Positions 9,891-19,391 of a stretch of DNA of 64,000 nt are shown here, piece after piece. The position numbers and the translations under genes were made by a program. Position 1 is the first letter of the stretch, and each line of letters begins with the position of its first letter. The notes under the pieces were generated by a model. It saw nothing but the letters and a program-made list of their open reading frames with translations, was not told the origin of the DNA and did not search any database. The stretch comes from an uncultured virus (IMG/VR IMGVR_UViG_3300020577_004566) (Duplodnaviria; Heunggongvirae; Uroviricota; Caudoviricetes), in the IMG/VR virus record IMGVR_UViG_3300020577_004566, one strand, 5' to 3'.

Positions 9891-10439
9891 CTATCGGACG
9901 AATAAATGCATATAGCGCCGTCCGTCACTGCCCATCACCCACGCAGCGCCTGCGTAGGTATAATTATCATCGGCACAACATGTTCCCCAGCCCCATGAAG
10001 GCTCAAGAGCGCCACAGCCAGCAGCCGTAGCGACCGCTCCAGCGGGAAGATAAGCGAAGTCGCTGGCAAGATGGCCGTGACAATGAGTAGCAGCACGTTG
10101 CTTGGCACATGCATTTGCAGCCTGAGTCAACAAAGGATCGCCAATAAATGGTCTTAACCCTTTTTTGGCGCGATAGGCGTTGACTTCATCAAGGGCATCG
10201 GCAGAGCCGGTAGAGCTTGCTACCGGCAAAGCTGATGGAGCAGGGGCAGGCATATTGCATACGCCATTAGCGCACTGGCTACTTGAGCTTGATACGGCAG
10301 AGCATTGCCCATTGGAGCATGAACTTGTGGCGCTGCACGATTCGCAGCCGCCTCTGCTACGTCGTTTACCTGACGCATCGGCACTCACCGTCAAAGCTAT
10401 CAGACACACCAGCGACAGACACAGTCCTAAAAATCTCAT
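9891..10439 (-). CDS. Secreted CAP/SCP-domain protein with a Cys-rich N-terminus
   Basis: Signal peptide; DALDEVNAYRAKKGLRPF..DPLLTQAA. Confidence 0.75.
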   Translation of the reverse strand: MRFLGLCLSLVCLIALTVSADASGKRRSRGGCESCSATSSCSNGQCSAVSSSSSQCANGVCNMPAPAPSALPVASSTGSADALDEVNAYRAKKGLRPFIGDPLLTQAANACAKQRAATHCHGHLASDFAYLPAGAVATAAGCGALEPSWGWGTCCADDNYTYAGAAWVMGSDGRRYMHLFVR

Positions 10440-10482
10440 GACAGACTCCTTTACGAAACGCCTATGACACCATGCCACAGGT

Positions 10483-10977
10483 TCACGGATTGGCGAGGTC
10501 GCCAAAAGTGATCTTTGACCGGCTCTTCTGCCGGACTAGTATACGATCAATCGGTCTCTGAATATAGGGCAGGCCGTACCTTGCAGCGATATTGATCAGT
10601 CCAAGAATCAGGCTGTCACTAAGCAAGTTCAGATGAACTCCCATCGCTTCTAAGTGGTTAATCACTTCGCCGCCGATCGGCTTTCTCGTGGTCATGGCCC
10701 GTGTTTCAGGGGCATCCTCTTCACTGAGCATGAGCCTTGGCGCTATCGGCCTGCCATCAGCGTTAATGTTGATCTTGCCCAAAATAATACTTATCTCCGA
10801 TTTGAGCTGGGCGACAGTGTACTTTTCCGGACTGCTGAACAGCATATCAAGAAGCTTCATCGCGTCGTCAATGACGTTCATCGATATTAGCTTGCGAATC
10901 AGCGGCCATAACTGGGATATGCCGCCAGTGAATAGTTCGTAGTCATTCTGAGCTTGAGAGATGTTCATTGAAGTCAT
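10483..10977 (-). CDS. Hypothetical protein; C-terminus paralogous to 11576-12163
   Basis: EVINHLEAMGV...YGLPYIQ. Confidence 0.6.
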   Translation of the reverse strand: MTSMNISQAQNDYELFTGGISQLWPLIRKLISMNVIDDAMKLLDMLFSSPEKYTVAQLKSEISIILGKININADGRPIAPRLMLSEEDAPETRAMTTRKPIGGEVINHLEAMGVHLNLLSDSLILGLINIAARYGLPYIQRPIDRILVRQKSRSKITFGDLANP

Positions 10978-10983
10978 GGTTTC

Positions 10984-11499
10984 CTACCGGCAAGTTGAGC
11001 AAGTTCCCGACAAAAACGACGGCTGAAAATAGCCGCCCGGCGAAGGCCTCCATTCCACGGAAGTGAAATCTATCACCTTGCGTTCGCCTGGAATGAAATT
11101 GACTGTCTTTTCTACTTCCTGACACTGTCCATTTCTACACAAGGAAGCCTTAAAAGTGTACGTTCCGGAAACGCCAACCCAATCGGGATGAGTACGGAAC
11201 AATCGGCTTGAGCCTGTCTGCTGTGTAGCCGCTCCATTGATCGTGATCACGGCGTCATCAGGACAGCGGACTTCATAGGAAGAAACGTCGCTACGGGTAA
11301 TTAGATCGGCAAGAGCGTCCTGCGGAACTGGATTAGCCTCGCGCGAGGCTTTCGTCTTGGCTGGAGTGTCAATGTGTCCAGGAGGCAAAACATCCTTTGT
11401 GATCGATCCGGGGGCCACTGGTTGCCATCCCGGAGGCCTTGGCTCATCGCCGAAAGCAACAGAAACAAACAGCAGACACATGACGGCTGAGAGTCTCAT
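10984..11499 (-). CDS. Secreted protein with a TIGR03000-like planctomycete domain
   Basis: Signal peptide; VRCPDDAVITING..TQQTGSSRLFRT...YTF...GERKVIDF. Confidence 0.75.
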   Translation of the reverse strand: MRLSAVMCLLFVSVAFGDEPRPPGWQPVAPGSITKDVLPPGHIDTPAKTKASREANPVPQDALADLITRSDVSSYEVRCPDDAVITINGAATQQTGSSRLFRTHPDWVGVSGTYTFKASLCRNGQCQEVEKTVNFIPGERKVIDFTSVEWRPSPGGYFQPSFLSGTCSTCR

Positions 11500-11575
11500 A
11501 GATGACTCCTTGGAAAATGGTATCCCGCCGCCCACACTGACAACGGGATACCATAAGCCCGGTTTTGGCAACGGG

Positions 11576-12163
11576 CTATTTCTTAAACTTCGCAATCAGC
11601 CCCTGGATAAATGGCAGGCCAAACTGAATGGCCAACTGGATAATAACAACCAGTAGTCCAGGAGGAATCATTTCAACCTGGACACCCTCTGCCTTTAGCT
11701 TGCTGATGACTTCATCTTTCGATGGGCGTTTTTCAACCGGCAGAGCAGCAGGCGCTGCGCCAACCTTAATCGGCGAAGGATTGACTGGGTTCACCGGCTG
11801 AGGGTTGACAGGGCCTGGATTGATGGGCGCTGGCAACGGCTGGGCCATTTGCAGGAGGAGCTGAATAATCCCCTGAAGCAAAGTAGTCAGATTAAAGCTT
11901 GGCAAGACCGGATTGGGAACCGGCGTTGGCACGGGGACAGGGCTAGGCGTAGGCGCTGGCTGAGGCTTGATGAACAAGCTCAGTAAAGCCAAGATGTTGG
12001 CCGGGCTAAAGATGGACGCAAGACCGCCAAGGGAGTTAATGAACGTCGACAAATCGCTGCCGACGAGGCGCTGTCCATTGACCAACTCAAGAGAGTTGTG
12101 ATCGATGAAATCGCCGGACGGAGTATCGATTCTTTCCGCCACGTTAATGCTTTCGTTAGCCAT
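11576..12163 (-). CDS. Proline-rich membrane-associated protein
   Basis: PAPTPSPVPVPTPVP and (PVN)n repeats between amphipathic helices. Confidence 0.7.
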   Translation of the reverse strand: MANESINVAERIDTPSGDFIDHNSLELVNGQRLVGSDLSTFINSLGGLASIFSPANILALLSLFIKPQPAPTPSPVPVPTPVPNPVLPSFNLTTLLQGIIQLLLQMAQPLPAPINPGPVNPQPVNPVNPSPIKVGAAPAALPVEKRPSKDEVISKLKAEGVQVEMIPPGLLVVIIQLAIQFGLPFIQGLIAKFKK

Positions 12164-12249
12164 GCACGAACTCCATTTAGATAGTTTGCTTCGTAACGAA
12201 ATGATACATAAGATCATTGGAATAGGCAATCTTTATTAAGGACAATTCC

Positions 12250-12747
12250 ATGAGCAGAAACAAGGAGACTACGCACGGACTTTCAAAAACAAGAGAGTAT
12301 TCCATCTGGTCTAAAATGCGCCTCCGATGCTACTATGAGCTTAATCCAAATTACAAATGGTATGGCGGAAAAGGCGTGTACGTGTGCCATAGATGGAAAG
12401 AGTCGTTTACGGCATTTCTGGAAGACGTAGGCAAAGCGCCTGGCAAAGATTACACACTAGACAGAATTGATTCATCGAAAAACTACACATGCGGAAAATG
12501 TGATGACTGCAAACTAAAGAAGCAAAAGCCAAATTGCCGATGGGCCACCAAGCATGATCAATCAAGAAATATCAGTAGCAATAGATATTATACTCACAAC
12601 GGAAAAAAGATGATTCTAAAAGACTGGTCAAGAGAAGCGGGAATCCCCTATCTAACCTTGTGGAACAGGCTTGATAGGGGAATAGTTTTTTCAGAAGCAA
12701 TATCAATGAAAAAGGGCACTAGGCAGCAGAAGCGTAAAACGAAGTAG
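12250..12747 (+). CDS. Free-standing HNH-type homing endonuclease
   Basis: HGLSKTREYSIW..M..RC...YGGKGV.VC.RW..SF..FLED.G......TLDRID...NCRWAT..Q.RN. Confidence 0.88.
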   Translation: MSRNKETTHGLSKTREYSIWSKMRLRCYYELNPNYKWYGGKGVYVCHRWKESFTAFLEDVGKAPGKDYTLDRIDSSKNYTCGKCDDCKLKKQKPNCRWATKHDQSRNISSNRYYTHNGKKMILKDWSREAGIPYLTLWNRLDRGIVFSEAISMKKGTRQQKRKTK

Positions 12748-13534
12748 CGGCCACAGCGCCATCAGGAATGGCCTTTCTTCCTTCCAAGATTCCAACGCCG
12801 TTGTTACTCCAGCTATCTGACCACGAGTTCCAGATGAGGATACGGAACGGATTGAGAGAAACCAAATCAAGGATACCAACACTGTGGCCCCACCAATCGA
12901 AATCACCGGCCAAAGGAATGCCCAGCAAAAGACAAGTAACCATCTGAGCCTTCATCTGTCGCGGATCTAAATCCATCCATCCCGGCTCAAACTTGTGGAG
13001 AGCAGCATTCCTCCAAGTCTCGGCATTGTCGTTTGATCGGCTCATTGACTGCTGAGGCCAATACTGAGACGTTGGTATGCCCTTGTCGGCGATGAACTCG
13101 ATAGAGTCAGTGCAGTTTCCGCCCTCGTCTCGATAGCCCTTGATCATACAGCAAACAGCGAAAGCACTTAAATCGGCGTACGGAAGCCCCATCTTGGCGC
13201 GCCAAATCAGAGCCGCACTTGTCGTGCTGTGGCCCCAGCAATAGCCCTTGCCGTTTTGATCGCGCGAAGGGATTGGGCCGCCGCCCGGCCCGCTCGTATT
13301 TCTCACGTCCGACAACTGAGCCTTGGCAGCAATACGCGCCGCCAGCCTGTCAGCCCATTCGTTCTCTGGGATAAGCGGCAAGGAAAATGCCGACGCCCTG
13401 GCATGATATCCGACTGGTTGCGCTTTATAATTTCTCGGCCTCAGCCCGCGCGCGCGACGAGTCCCGTCAGGGCCTTCATGGCCAACATGATCAAGGTAAT
13501 TGTCATCGTTGATGACGATCATTTCGCTTGGCAT
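12719..13534 (-). CDS. Papain-like (C1 family) cysteine peptidase
   Basis: DQNGKGYCW (Gln, Cys), WGHSV (His), WNSW (Asn). Confidence 0.88.
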   Translation of the reverse strand: MPSEMIVINDDNYLDHVGHEGPDGTRRARGLRPRNYKAQPVGYHARASAFSLPLIPENEWADRLAARIAAKAQLSDVRNTSGPGGGPIPSRDQNGKGYCWGHSTTSAALIWRAKMGLPYADLSAFAVCCMIKGYRDEGGNCTDSIEFIADKGIPTSQYWPQQSMSRSNDNAETWRNAALHKFEPGWMDLDPRQMKAQMVTCLLLGIPLAGDFDWWGHSVGILDLVSLNPFRILIWNSWSDSWSNNGVGILEGRKAIPDGAVAATSFYASAA

Positions 13535-13552
13535 CCATGCACTCCTTAGAAA

Positions 13553-13626
13553 GCCGGGGGATAGGATTTGAACCTATGACCTTCAGGTTATGAGCCTGAT
13601 GAGCTTCCAGACTGCTCCACCCCCGG
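13553..13626 (-). tRNA. tRNA-Met(CAT), initiator-like body, no encoded CCA
   Basis: CCGGGGGTGGAGCAGTCTGGAAGCTCATCAGG-CTCATAA-CCTGAAGGTCATAGGTTCAAATCCTATCCCCCGG. Confidence 0.9.
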
Positions 13627-13633
13627 TATGATC

Positions 13634-14737
13634 CTACTTCGCATATTTGTTCATGAGCGCAATGACAGAATCAAGATCGGCTGGCAAAGGCTCTTCAGTG
13701 CCGGTGGTGCCGTTTGAAATCACGATCCAGGGCACTTGTTTTCGACTTCGCCCGAACGCCTTTTGCCACAGCTCCGATTCGCCGGTTGCAACCGTGCTAT
13801 CGGGCCAGATGCGCCATTCTGCAGTATTGCCATTCTTGACACACTTACTGTTGAGGTAATCTCTCAGCCCTTGTGCCGTGAGCATCGTCGATTGAGGAAT
13901 CGGCAACGCGCCAAGCCCCTTGGCTGGATACACAATCAGGACACGAAATCCAGGGTCTGGGATAGGGGCAGGATTGACCGGTTCAACAGGAGTTGGCGCG
14001 GCGGCGCATTGCTCCAATGCCTGCTGAATCCCACCAAGCATCTTCGCAAATGCCGCCCGCTCCGCCGCGCCAAGAGTGATATCGTAGTAAGGGCGAGTGA
14101 CGTCAAAGATAATCTTTGATATCGCTGCACGAGTCTGGACAAGAGGAGTGACTAGCCGATACTGAGCATCAATAGCGGCCCATACATCAGAGCCTGTCTT
14201 GAACGTAGCCAACTTATTGTTGATATCACGGAATATCGTAGCGTTGACCTGCGCGGCCTCCGAAGTTCCCTTATCCAGGGCGAACGCTGCAGTAATGGCC
14301 GGAATGTACGGTGAAGGCTGAGGAGTCGGCTTTTTCTTAAGTATGTGCGCGTTGTATCGGTACACCGTGGCGTTATCCACGATCACGCGGAGAGTCATGT
14401 ATTCAGGGCTGTCATCGCCAGCGAAAATGATTGCCTGATCATTTACCTGGAGAGCGCCATTCTCCAGCGACTCAACCTTTCCTCGCCACGACGTAGGTTT
14501 CTGATTCGAGTCTCGCGATTCAACTTCAACCGAAAAAGGCTTGCCGCCAAAAGGCTTCGCGCCGCTGGCTGTCTTGGTAAAATCAAATACCTGATACTGG
14601 CCAAGCGATAATTCGCCTTCTTGGAAAACAGGCTCTATCGCAGTAGCCTTGGAACTTGCTACATGAACTTTATCTTGGCTGTAAGCAGGGACAGCCAAGA
14701 GCAGCAGAAGCAGTAATGATCGCATTAAGTTCACCAT
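13634..14737 (-). CDS. Secreted multi-domain protein with Pro-rich linkers
   Basis: Signal peptide LLLLLLLAVPAYS; PTPQP and PTPVEPVNPAP linkers. Confidence 0.7.
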   Translation of the reverse strand: MVNLMRSLLLLLLLAVPAYSQDKVHVASSKATAIEPVFQEGELSLGQYQVFDFTKTASGAKPFGGKPFSVEVESRDSNQKPTSWRGKVESLENGALQVNDQAIIFAGDDSPEYMTLRVIVDNATVYRYNAHILKKKPTPQPSPYIPAITAAFALDKGTSEAAQVNATIFRDINNKLATFKTGSDVWAAIDAQYRLVTPLVQTRAAISKIIFDVTRPYYDITLGAAERAAFAKMLGGIQQALEQCAAAPTPVEPVNPAPIPDPGFRVLIVYPAKGLGALPIPQSTMLTAQGLRDYLNSKCVKNGNTAEWRIWPDSTVATGESELWQKAFGRSRKQVPWIVISNGTTGTEEPLPADLDSVIALMNKYAK

Positions 14738-14819
14738 AAGAGAAAAGGCAGGTGAGCAATCCTAGTCCATCCACCTAATAGCCCTGTCCTGAAGCCGCCT
14801 TTCCATGATTCAGAATGTA

Positions 14820-15710
14820 TCATAACGAGCCTGAATCGTCAATATACTTGGCCGAATCGTACCCATAAGATTTTTCCGCCTCAGCCATGTCAGTAACCAT
14901 CCATCCACGATCAGTCTCAAGAATATCGACCGACCATCTTCCTGTGCAAGCGTATCCGCATGCAGCAGCAAGCCCGAACACTCTCGCATAATCGTACGAA
15001 GAAAAATCTTGCACTAAGTGTATTTTCTTTTCCCACTCAGGATCGTCTGGATGACCTTGCCTGATCGCGTCCGCTGGCCAATAGGGCTGAAAATAGGCAA
15101 CCCTGCCACCATCAACAAACACCCTGATTTCGCGAATAACAGGCATGCAGCCGTACGCTTTACACTTAAACACTGGCTTAACCGGAAGATATTCGCGCAC
15201 AACAAACTTTGATATTTCCAGGCCAAACATATCGCACAACTGAGAGAAGCACACGAGTGAACCCATGTGATATTCTATTTTCTCTATATCGGTTACATAG
15301 CACGTGCGATTAAAATCATGCTTGCCACTGGTCAATCCAGTACGTAGAAACCAAGGGCCAGCCGGGCTGATTTTCAAGGCACTCTCAATGACCTTGCCAA
15401 CCAGCCTGTTCCAATTCATTTCAGCAAGCTCGCCCTCTTCCTTGCTTCTGATTACCACAAACTCTGAGCCGATCTTATCAAGTTCATTACGATGCTTTAG
15501 TTCACAATACTCCTGATGAATAGTTATATCGACCTCACTGGCATCAACGATAATAGTGTTTGGCGTCGGCACAAGATCACATATCTTTGGATACCAATAA
15601 GACAGGCATGTTTTGTTAATCGGCTTCTTTTGCTTGCGCCTGCTCCTTGATTCCTCTACCGCTTTCTTTGCTGATTGCTCGATCAGCTTTCTGATATCCT
15701 TAGATTCCAT
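14820..15710 (-). CDS. ATP-grasp-like protein
   Basis: FLRTG..SGKH, FVVREYL, REIRVFV, WSVDILETDRGWMVTDM. Confidence 0.65.
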   Translation of the reverse strand: MESKDIRKLIEQSAKKAVEESRSRRKQKKPINKTCLSYWYPKICDLVPTPNTIIVDASEVDITIHQEYCELKHRNELDKIGSEFVVIRSKEEGELAEMNWNRLVGKVIESALKISPAGPWFLRTGLTSGKHDFNRTCYVTDIEKIEYHMGSLVCFSQLCDMFGLEISKFVVREYLPVKPVFKCKAYGCMPVIREIRVFVDGGRVAYFQPYWPADAIRQGHPDDPEWEKKIHLVQDFSSYDYARVFGLAAACGYACTGRWSVDILETDRGWMVTDMAEAEKSYGYDSAKYIDDSGSL

Positions 15711-15989
15711 CGCATTCCCCTTGTTAGAGTTTAAGGAACTCACCGTCACACCTGATTATGATTGTACAATTATCGATAAACGGATGCTGAGGATGATCAA
15801 ACAATTCGTTGCCGCATGCCTGGCATTTCGCAAGACCACTCGCACGATCAGCATCGATGGTATAAGCAGGCTGGTACTCGCCAGCTTTTATTATGTCATA
15901 TCGCGCCACGGCAATAGGACATAATAATTCGAGCTTGATTCTTTGCCTTAGATACACGCCAAACTCCAGCTACGCGCACCGTGCGCACC

Positions 15990-16265
15990 TCATGGCGGAA
16001 TACCAATATCCCAATGGCAAGAATCCGGGCCATCTTCTCCGTCTTTATATTCTTTGATCCACTGCTTGTATTCTTTCGACTCGCCAAGACGAGTGTATCC
16101 GTATCTGCTTCCATTGCAATCAACTGCAGTGACTTGCTCTTCTTTGCAGTTGGTTAGGATTCGTACAACTTGATCTATTACCCACGCCTTATGATGCTCA
16201 CCGTCGACGCCACCAGAACACATTAACCTATCCAGGACAGCGGCTATCTTTTCCTTGTCAGTCAC
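15990..16265 (-). CDS. Conserved-looking phage hypothetical protein
   Basis: GGVDGEHHKAWVIDQVVRIL..WDIGIPP; the RBS is supplied by a motif-A copy. Confidence 0.7.
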   Translation of the reverse strand: MTDKEKIAAVLDRLMCSGGVDGEHHKAWVIDQVVRILTNCKEEQVTAVDCNGSRYGYTRLGESKEYKQWIKEYKDGEDGPDSCHWDIGIPP

Positions 16266-16846
16266 GATTAGCCTCCGTAGATGCTTTCGCGGAAAACTTA
16301 CCCTTGCAACTGGAAAATTATTGTATAGACTAAGCGAACCAAAAGAAAGAACCCCGAAGGTGTGTCAGTCTTCGGGGTTCAAGCTAGGCTGATGTAGACA
16401 GCCGCCTCTAGTCGTATTCTTACGCCTCCTGGCATCTCCTGTCAACTCCATGCACTAATAATTCTTTGGCCACAAGCCGCCCCTTGGCACAAAGGGTGAC
16501 GCTAGGCTGATCCGGACTCCCTTTCTCCGGGCCTTCAAATGGGCAACGACAGGGCGCGTAAACGCGAGACGTGCAATCTGCATTGCCCTGATATGGTAGA
16601 CACAACACGGTCAGGGGTATCGAGATAGTCCTTTGCAGCGTTGACGGGCGGTTAAAGTGCATGTAAACGTACAGCCAACCATGCCGGATCAAGCAGGCTC
16701 CCTCAAAGCTATACCGAATGATCTTCCATTCCCGCTTTCATGGATGAAAATCCGTGATCGCGGGGGTGATGCGCGCCCACCGCTCTGCTTCCCGAATAGC
16801 TTGAAATCAGATAGGATACATCAACCAAAGAACAAGGAGAACAATC

Positions 16847-17485
16847 ATGGAATGGATGACTAAACAAGAGAGATTAAGGCTAACGCGCCTTGGCCAGCAG
16901 GGAGACGTTGAAGCGCGTAACGCTGTGATTATGTCAGTGACTGGAATGGTTAATGCGCAAGCGATGAGATACTGCAGGGCATTTAGATTCTATGGCCGAC
17001 TGGATGAAGTTTTTCAAGTTGGTATGACCTCAGTAGCAGAAGATTTCGACAAGATAGATACTTATAAAAAGCACAAAGGAAAGATCATCAATCCCATCAC
17101 CTATCTGGTAACCAATGCGCGCTGGCGCATGCTGCACTATTGCAAGTTTGACGGAATTATAAGAGTGCCGGACGGCGGAAGGAGTAGAGATAAAAGAGTT
17201 GCGCCCATCAATTCGACCGTTAATGACTATATCGTTGAAGAGCTTCCAGGATATTCGCCGAAAGATATAGAAGAAAGGGAGTCGGAAAAGGTTATTGCCG
17301 AAGCAGTAGCGAGACTGCCAAAGAATATGCAGCATGTAGTGAAGTCGGTTATCATGGCAGAAAAAACGCTAAGTTCGACCGGCCAAGAGATTGGCTTAAG
17401 TAAAGAGAGGATCAGGCAAATAAAAGAAGCTGCGCTGAAAGAATTGCGCAACGATATAAAACTGATCAAGCACTTTGTAAATTAA
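16847..17485 (+). CDS. RNA polymerase sigma-70-family factor
   Basis: GDVEARNAVI (region 1.2/2); region 4 HTH TLSSTGQEIGLSKERIRQIKEAALKELR; RBS ACAAGGAG. Confidence 0.92.
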   Translation: MEWMTKQERLRLTRLGQQGDVEARNAVIMSVTGMVNAQAMRYCRAFRFYGRLDEVFQVGMTSVAEDFDKIDTYKKHKGKIINPITYLVTNARWRMLHYCKFDGIIRVPDGGRSRDKRVAPINSTVNDYIVEELPGYSPKDIEERESEKVIAEAVARLPKNMQHVVKSVIMAEKTLSSTGQEIGLSKERIRQIKEAALKELRNDIKLIKHFVN

Positions 17486-17488
17486 GAA

Positions 17489-17525
17489 GCCCCGGCGCTA
17501 TTTTGTGGTGAGCAGCGCCGGGGCC
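17489..17525. terminator. GC-rich hairpin between convergent genes
   Basis: GCCCCGGCGCT...AGCGCCGGGGC inverted repeat directly after the sigma stop. Confidence 0.6.
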
Positions 17526-17583
17526 GAACAAGGAGAAGTGGGGCTGAGACTGCCCGCTTCCTAACTTAATGATAGTTATTCAG

Positions 17584-18603
17584 TTACGATAGTAAAGCAT
17601 CTTTGAGTCTTTTTATGCAAAAACCCCAGTTGTATCCCAGAGCCGTTTTAAGGCCCTCAGTCGCCAAGGCATGGCCATAGGTGGGAAAAGTCATAATACC
17701 GGCACAGTGACGCCCCAAGAGGCCAGAATCGCCCGGATCAGCCAGCAGACAGTTCACGGAGTGCTTAGCGTATTCCATGTTGCCGTTGCACTTAGTCATT
17801 ACCACCGGGCACCCGCAAGCCATAGCCTCCAGGGCTGTGAGTCCAAAGCCCTCATGATTGCTCGGCATAAGGAATACGCCAGCTTGTGAGTACAATTCTC
17901 TCAGCTTGCCATCATTGACGCTATTCATGTGGATATGCGGGATTCCTGCAGGAACATCACCCGGCCCCGGCCCTTGACCAAAGGTAACTAGTGAAGTCTC
18001 CGGAACAATACTTTGGCACTCGACTGCGGCCATACGCGCGCACAACCATCCTTTAAGGTCTCGCGGCCCGGCTCCTGGACGGTACGGACAGAATATACGG
18101 TATTGTTCTCGCGCCATCGGCAACGGCATGAACGTATCAAGATCAATCCCAAGGCCAACGAACCTTGGCGCTACATCGCTCTTGCAGACATGATTCCAGC
18201 TCAACTCCTTCTCCACCCATCGCGAGGTAGGGATAGGTATCAATCCCATTTTATAGGTGCCGACAATTCGCCTGGACTGCTCATCGGAATTACTGTAAGT
18301 AGTCTCAATATCTTGCGTCAGATAGTAGCCTCTATCGTCTTCTTTGATCGTCTCTTTCACCCAATAAGCAGTCTCCCACCATGTAGCAACCTTATGAGCG
18401 CGTGTTGCTCGTGCTGCATCGCCAAGAGCCGCCAAAGAGTTGAATTGTCTGAGCCTCAATTTACGCTTGAACCACTTTGGGACAGGCGCTGGCGGAGTCC
18501 ATAGCTCACAATCAACGCCAGCATCATTGAGCCTGGATACCATTTCCAGGACGACACGGATTCCGCCGCACAGGCCGGTAGAGTGCAAGTAGAATATCAC
18601 CAT
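17584..18603 (-). CDS. Glycosyltransferase family 4 (GT-B fold)
   Basis: GGIRVV; LRELYSQAGVFLMPSNHEGFGLTALEAMACGCPVV. Confidence 0.93.
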   Translation of the reverse strand: MVIFYLHSTGLCGGIRVVLEMVSRLNDAGVDCELWTPPAPVPKWFKRKLRLRQFNSLAALGDAARATRAHKVATWWETAYWVKETIKEDDRGYYLTQDIETTYSNSDEQSRRIVGTYKMGLIPIPTSRWVEKELSWNHVCKSDVAPRFVGLGIDLDTFMPLPMAREQYRIFCPYRPGAGPRDLKGWLCARMAAVECQSIVPETSLVTFGQGPGPGDVPAGIPHIHMNSVNDGKLRELYSQAGVFLMPSNHEGFGLTALEAMACGCPVVMTKCNGNMEYAKHSVNCLLADPGDSGLLGRHCAGIMTFPTYGHALATEGLKTALGYNWGFCIKRLKDALLS

Positions 18604-19391
18604 GAATCACCCCATCTTTCATACAGCCATGAGCGTATGGCTTTTGGATGTGTACCGGAAAACTCGGTCAACTTTGAAATATCTGTTATGCTATTCCAAT
18701 CCCATTTACCATCTTTCTTCATAGCCTCAATACGATCATCTATTATTGGATCGCCAAAGAACCACTGAAGCATATCGCTGGCCTTTTGTATTTGTTCAGG
18801 CCCTTTCCTGATGAAACCGTAATGATGTATATTGATCAGATCGGTTAGAGAATCGGTATCGTGTACGTTCTCTATTGATTCGGCGTCTCCAATAGCATCG
18901 AGATGAATGCGGGCAAGACGGATCGGATGGTCATTGCAAGGCTTATCGGAAGTAGGGATATCATACTTGACTCTCCAGATGGGTGAACGATAGAAATTAA
19001 TTCGCCTGCAGTGATATGATTCAAACTGATCAGCAAAGTTGATTATATCAAATATACTCTTGTGACTATTCTCATGCAAAACCTCGTCAGCCTGAATCAT
19101 GAAATGCCAGTCGGTTGATAAGTATGATTTTGCGAGATTGGCTAGAATAGCCAGACGTGTATAGCCACTAGCGCAATCAAAATGAGCGTCGCAATTAAGT
19201 ATGATTCTGCAACGTCGCCTATTATGATTTCTAACAAACTTCTGTAGGAGTTCTTTTGTTCCATCGTCGCTCCCGCATTCAAGGATAGATATCTGATTAC
19301 AGACAGGCATTAAGCTCTGTATTGCTTCCGTTATGCAATAATCATACTTTATTGCATTGCGAACGAATATAGAGCCGCCAAGAGTTGCCAT
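18597..19391 (-). CDS. Glycosyltransferase family 2 (GT-A fold)
   Basis: GSDDGT, WHFMIQADE, IHHYG. Confidence 0.88.
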   Translation of the reverse strand: MATLGGSIFVRNAIKYDYCITEAIQSLMPVCNQISILECGSDDGTKELLQKFVRNHNRRRCRIILNCDAHFDCASGYTRLAILANLAKSYLSTDWHFMIQADEVLHENSHKSIFDIINFADQFESYHCRRINFYRSPIWRVKYDIPTSDKPCNDHPIRLARIHLDAIGDAESIENVHDTDSLTDLINIHHYGFIRKGPEQIQKASDMLQWFFGDPIIDDRIEAMKKDGKWDWNSITDISKLTEFSGTHPKAIRSWLYERWGDSW

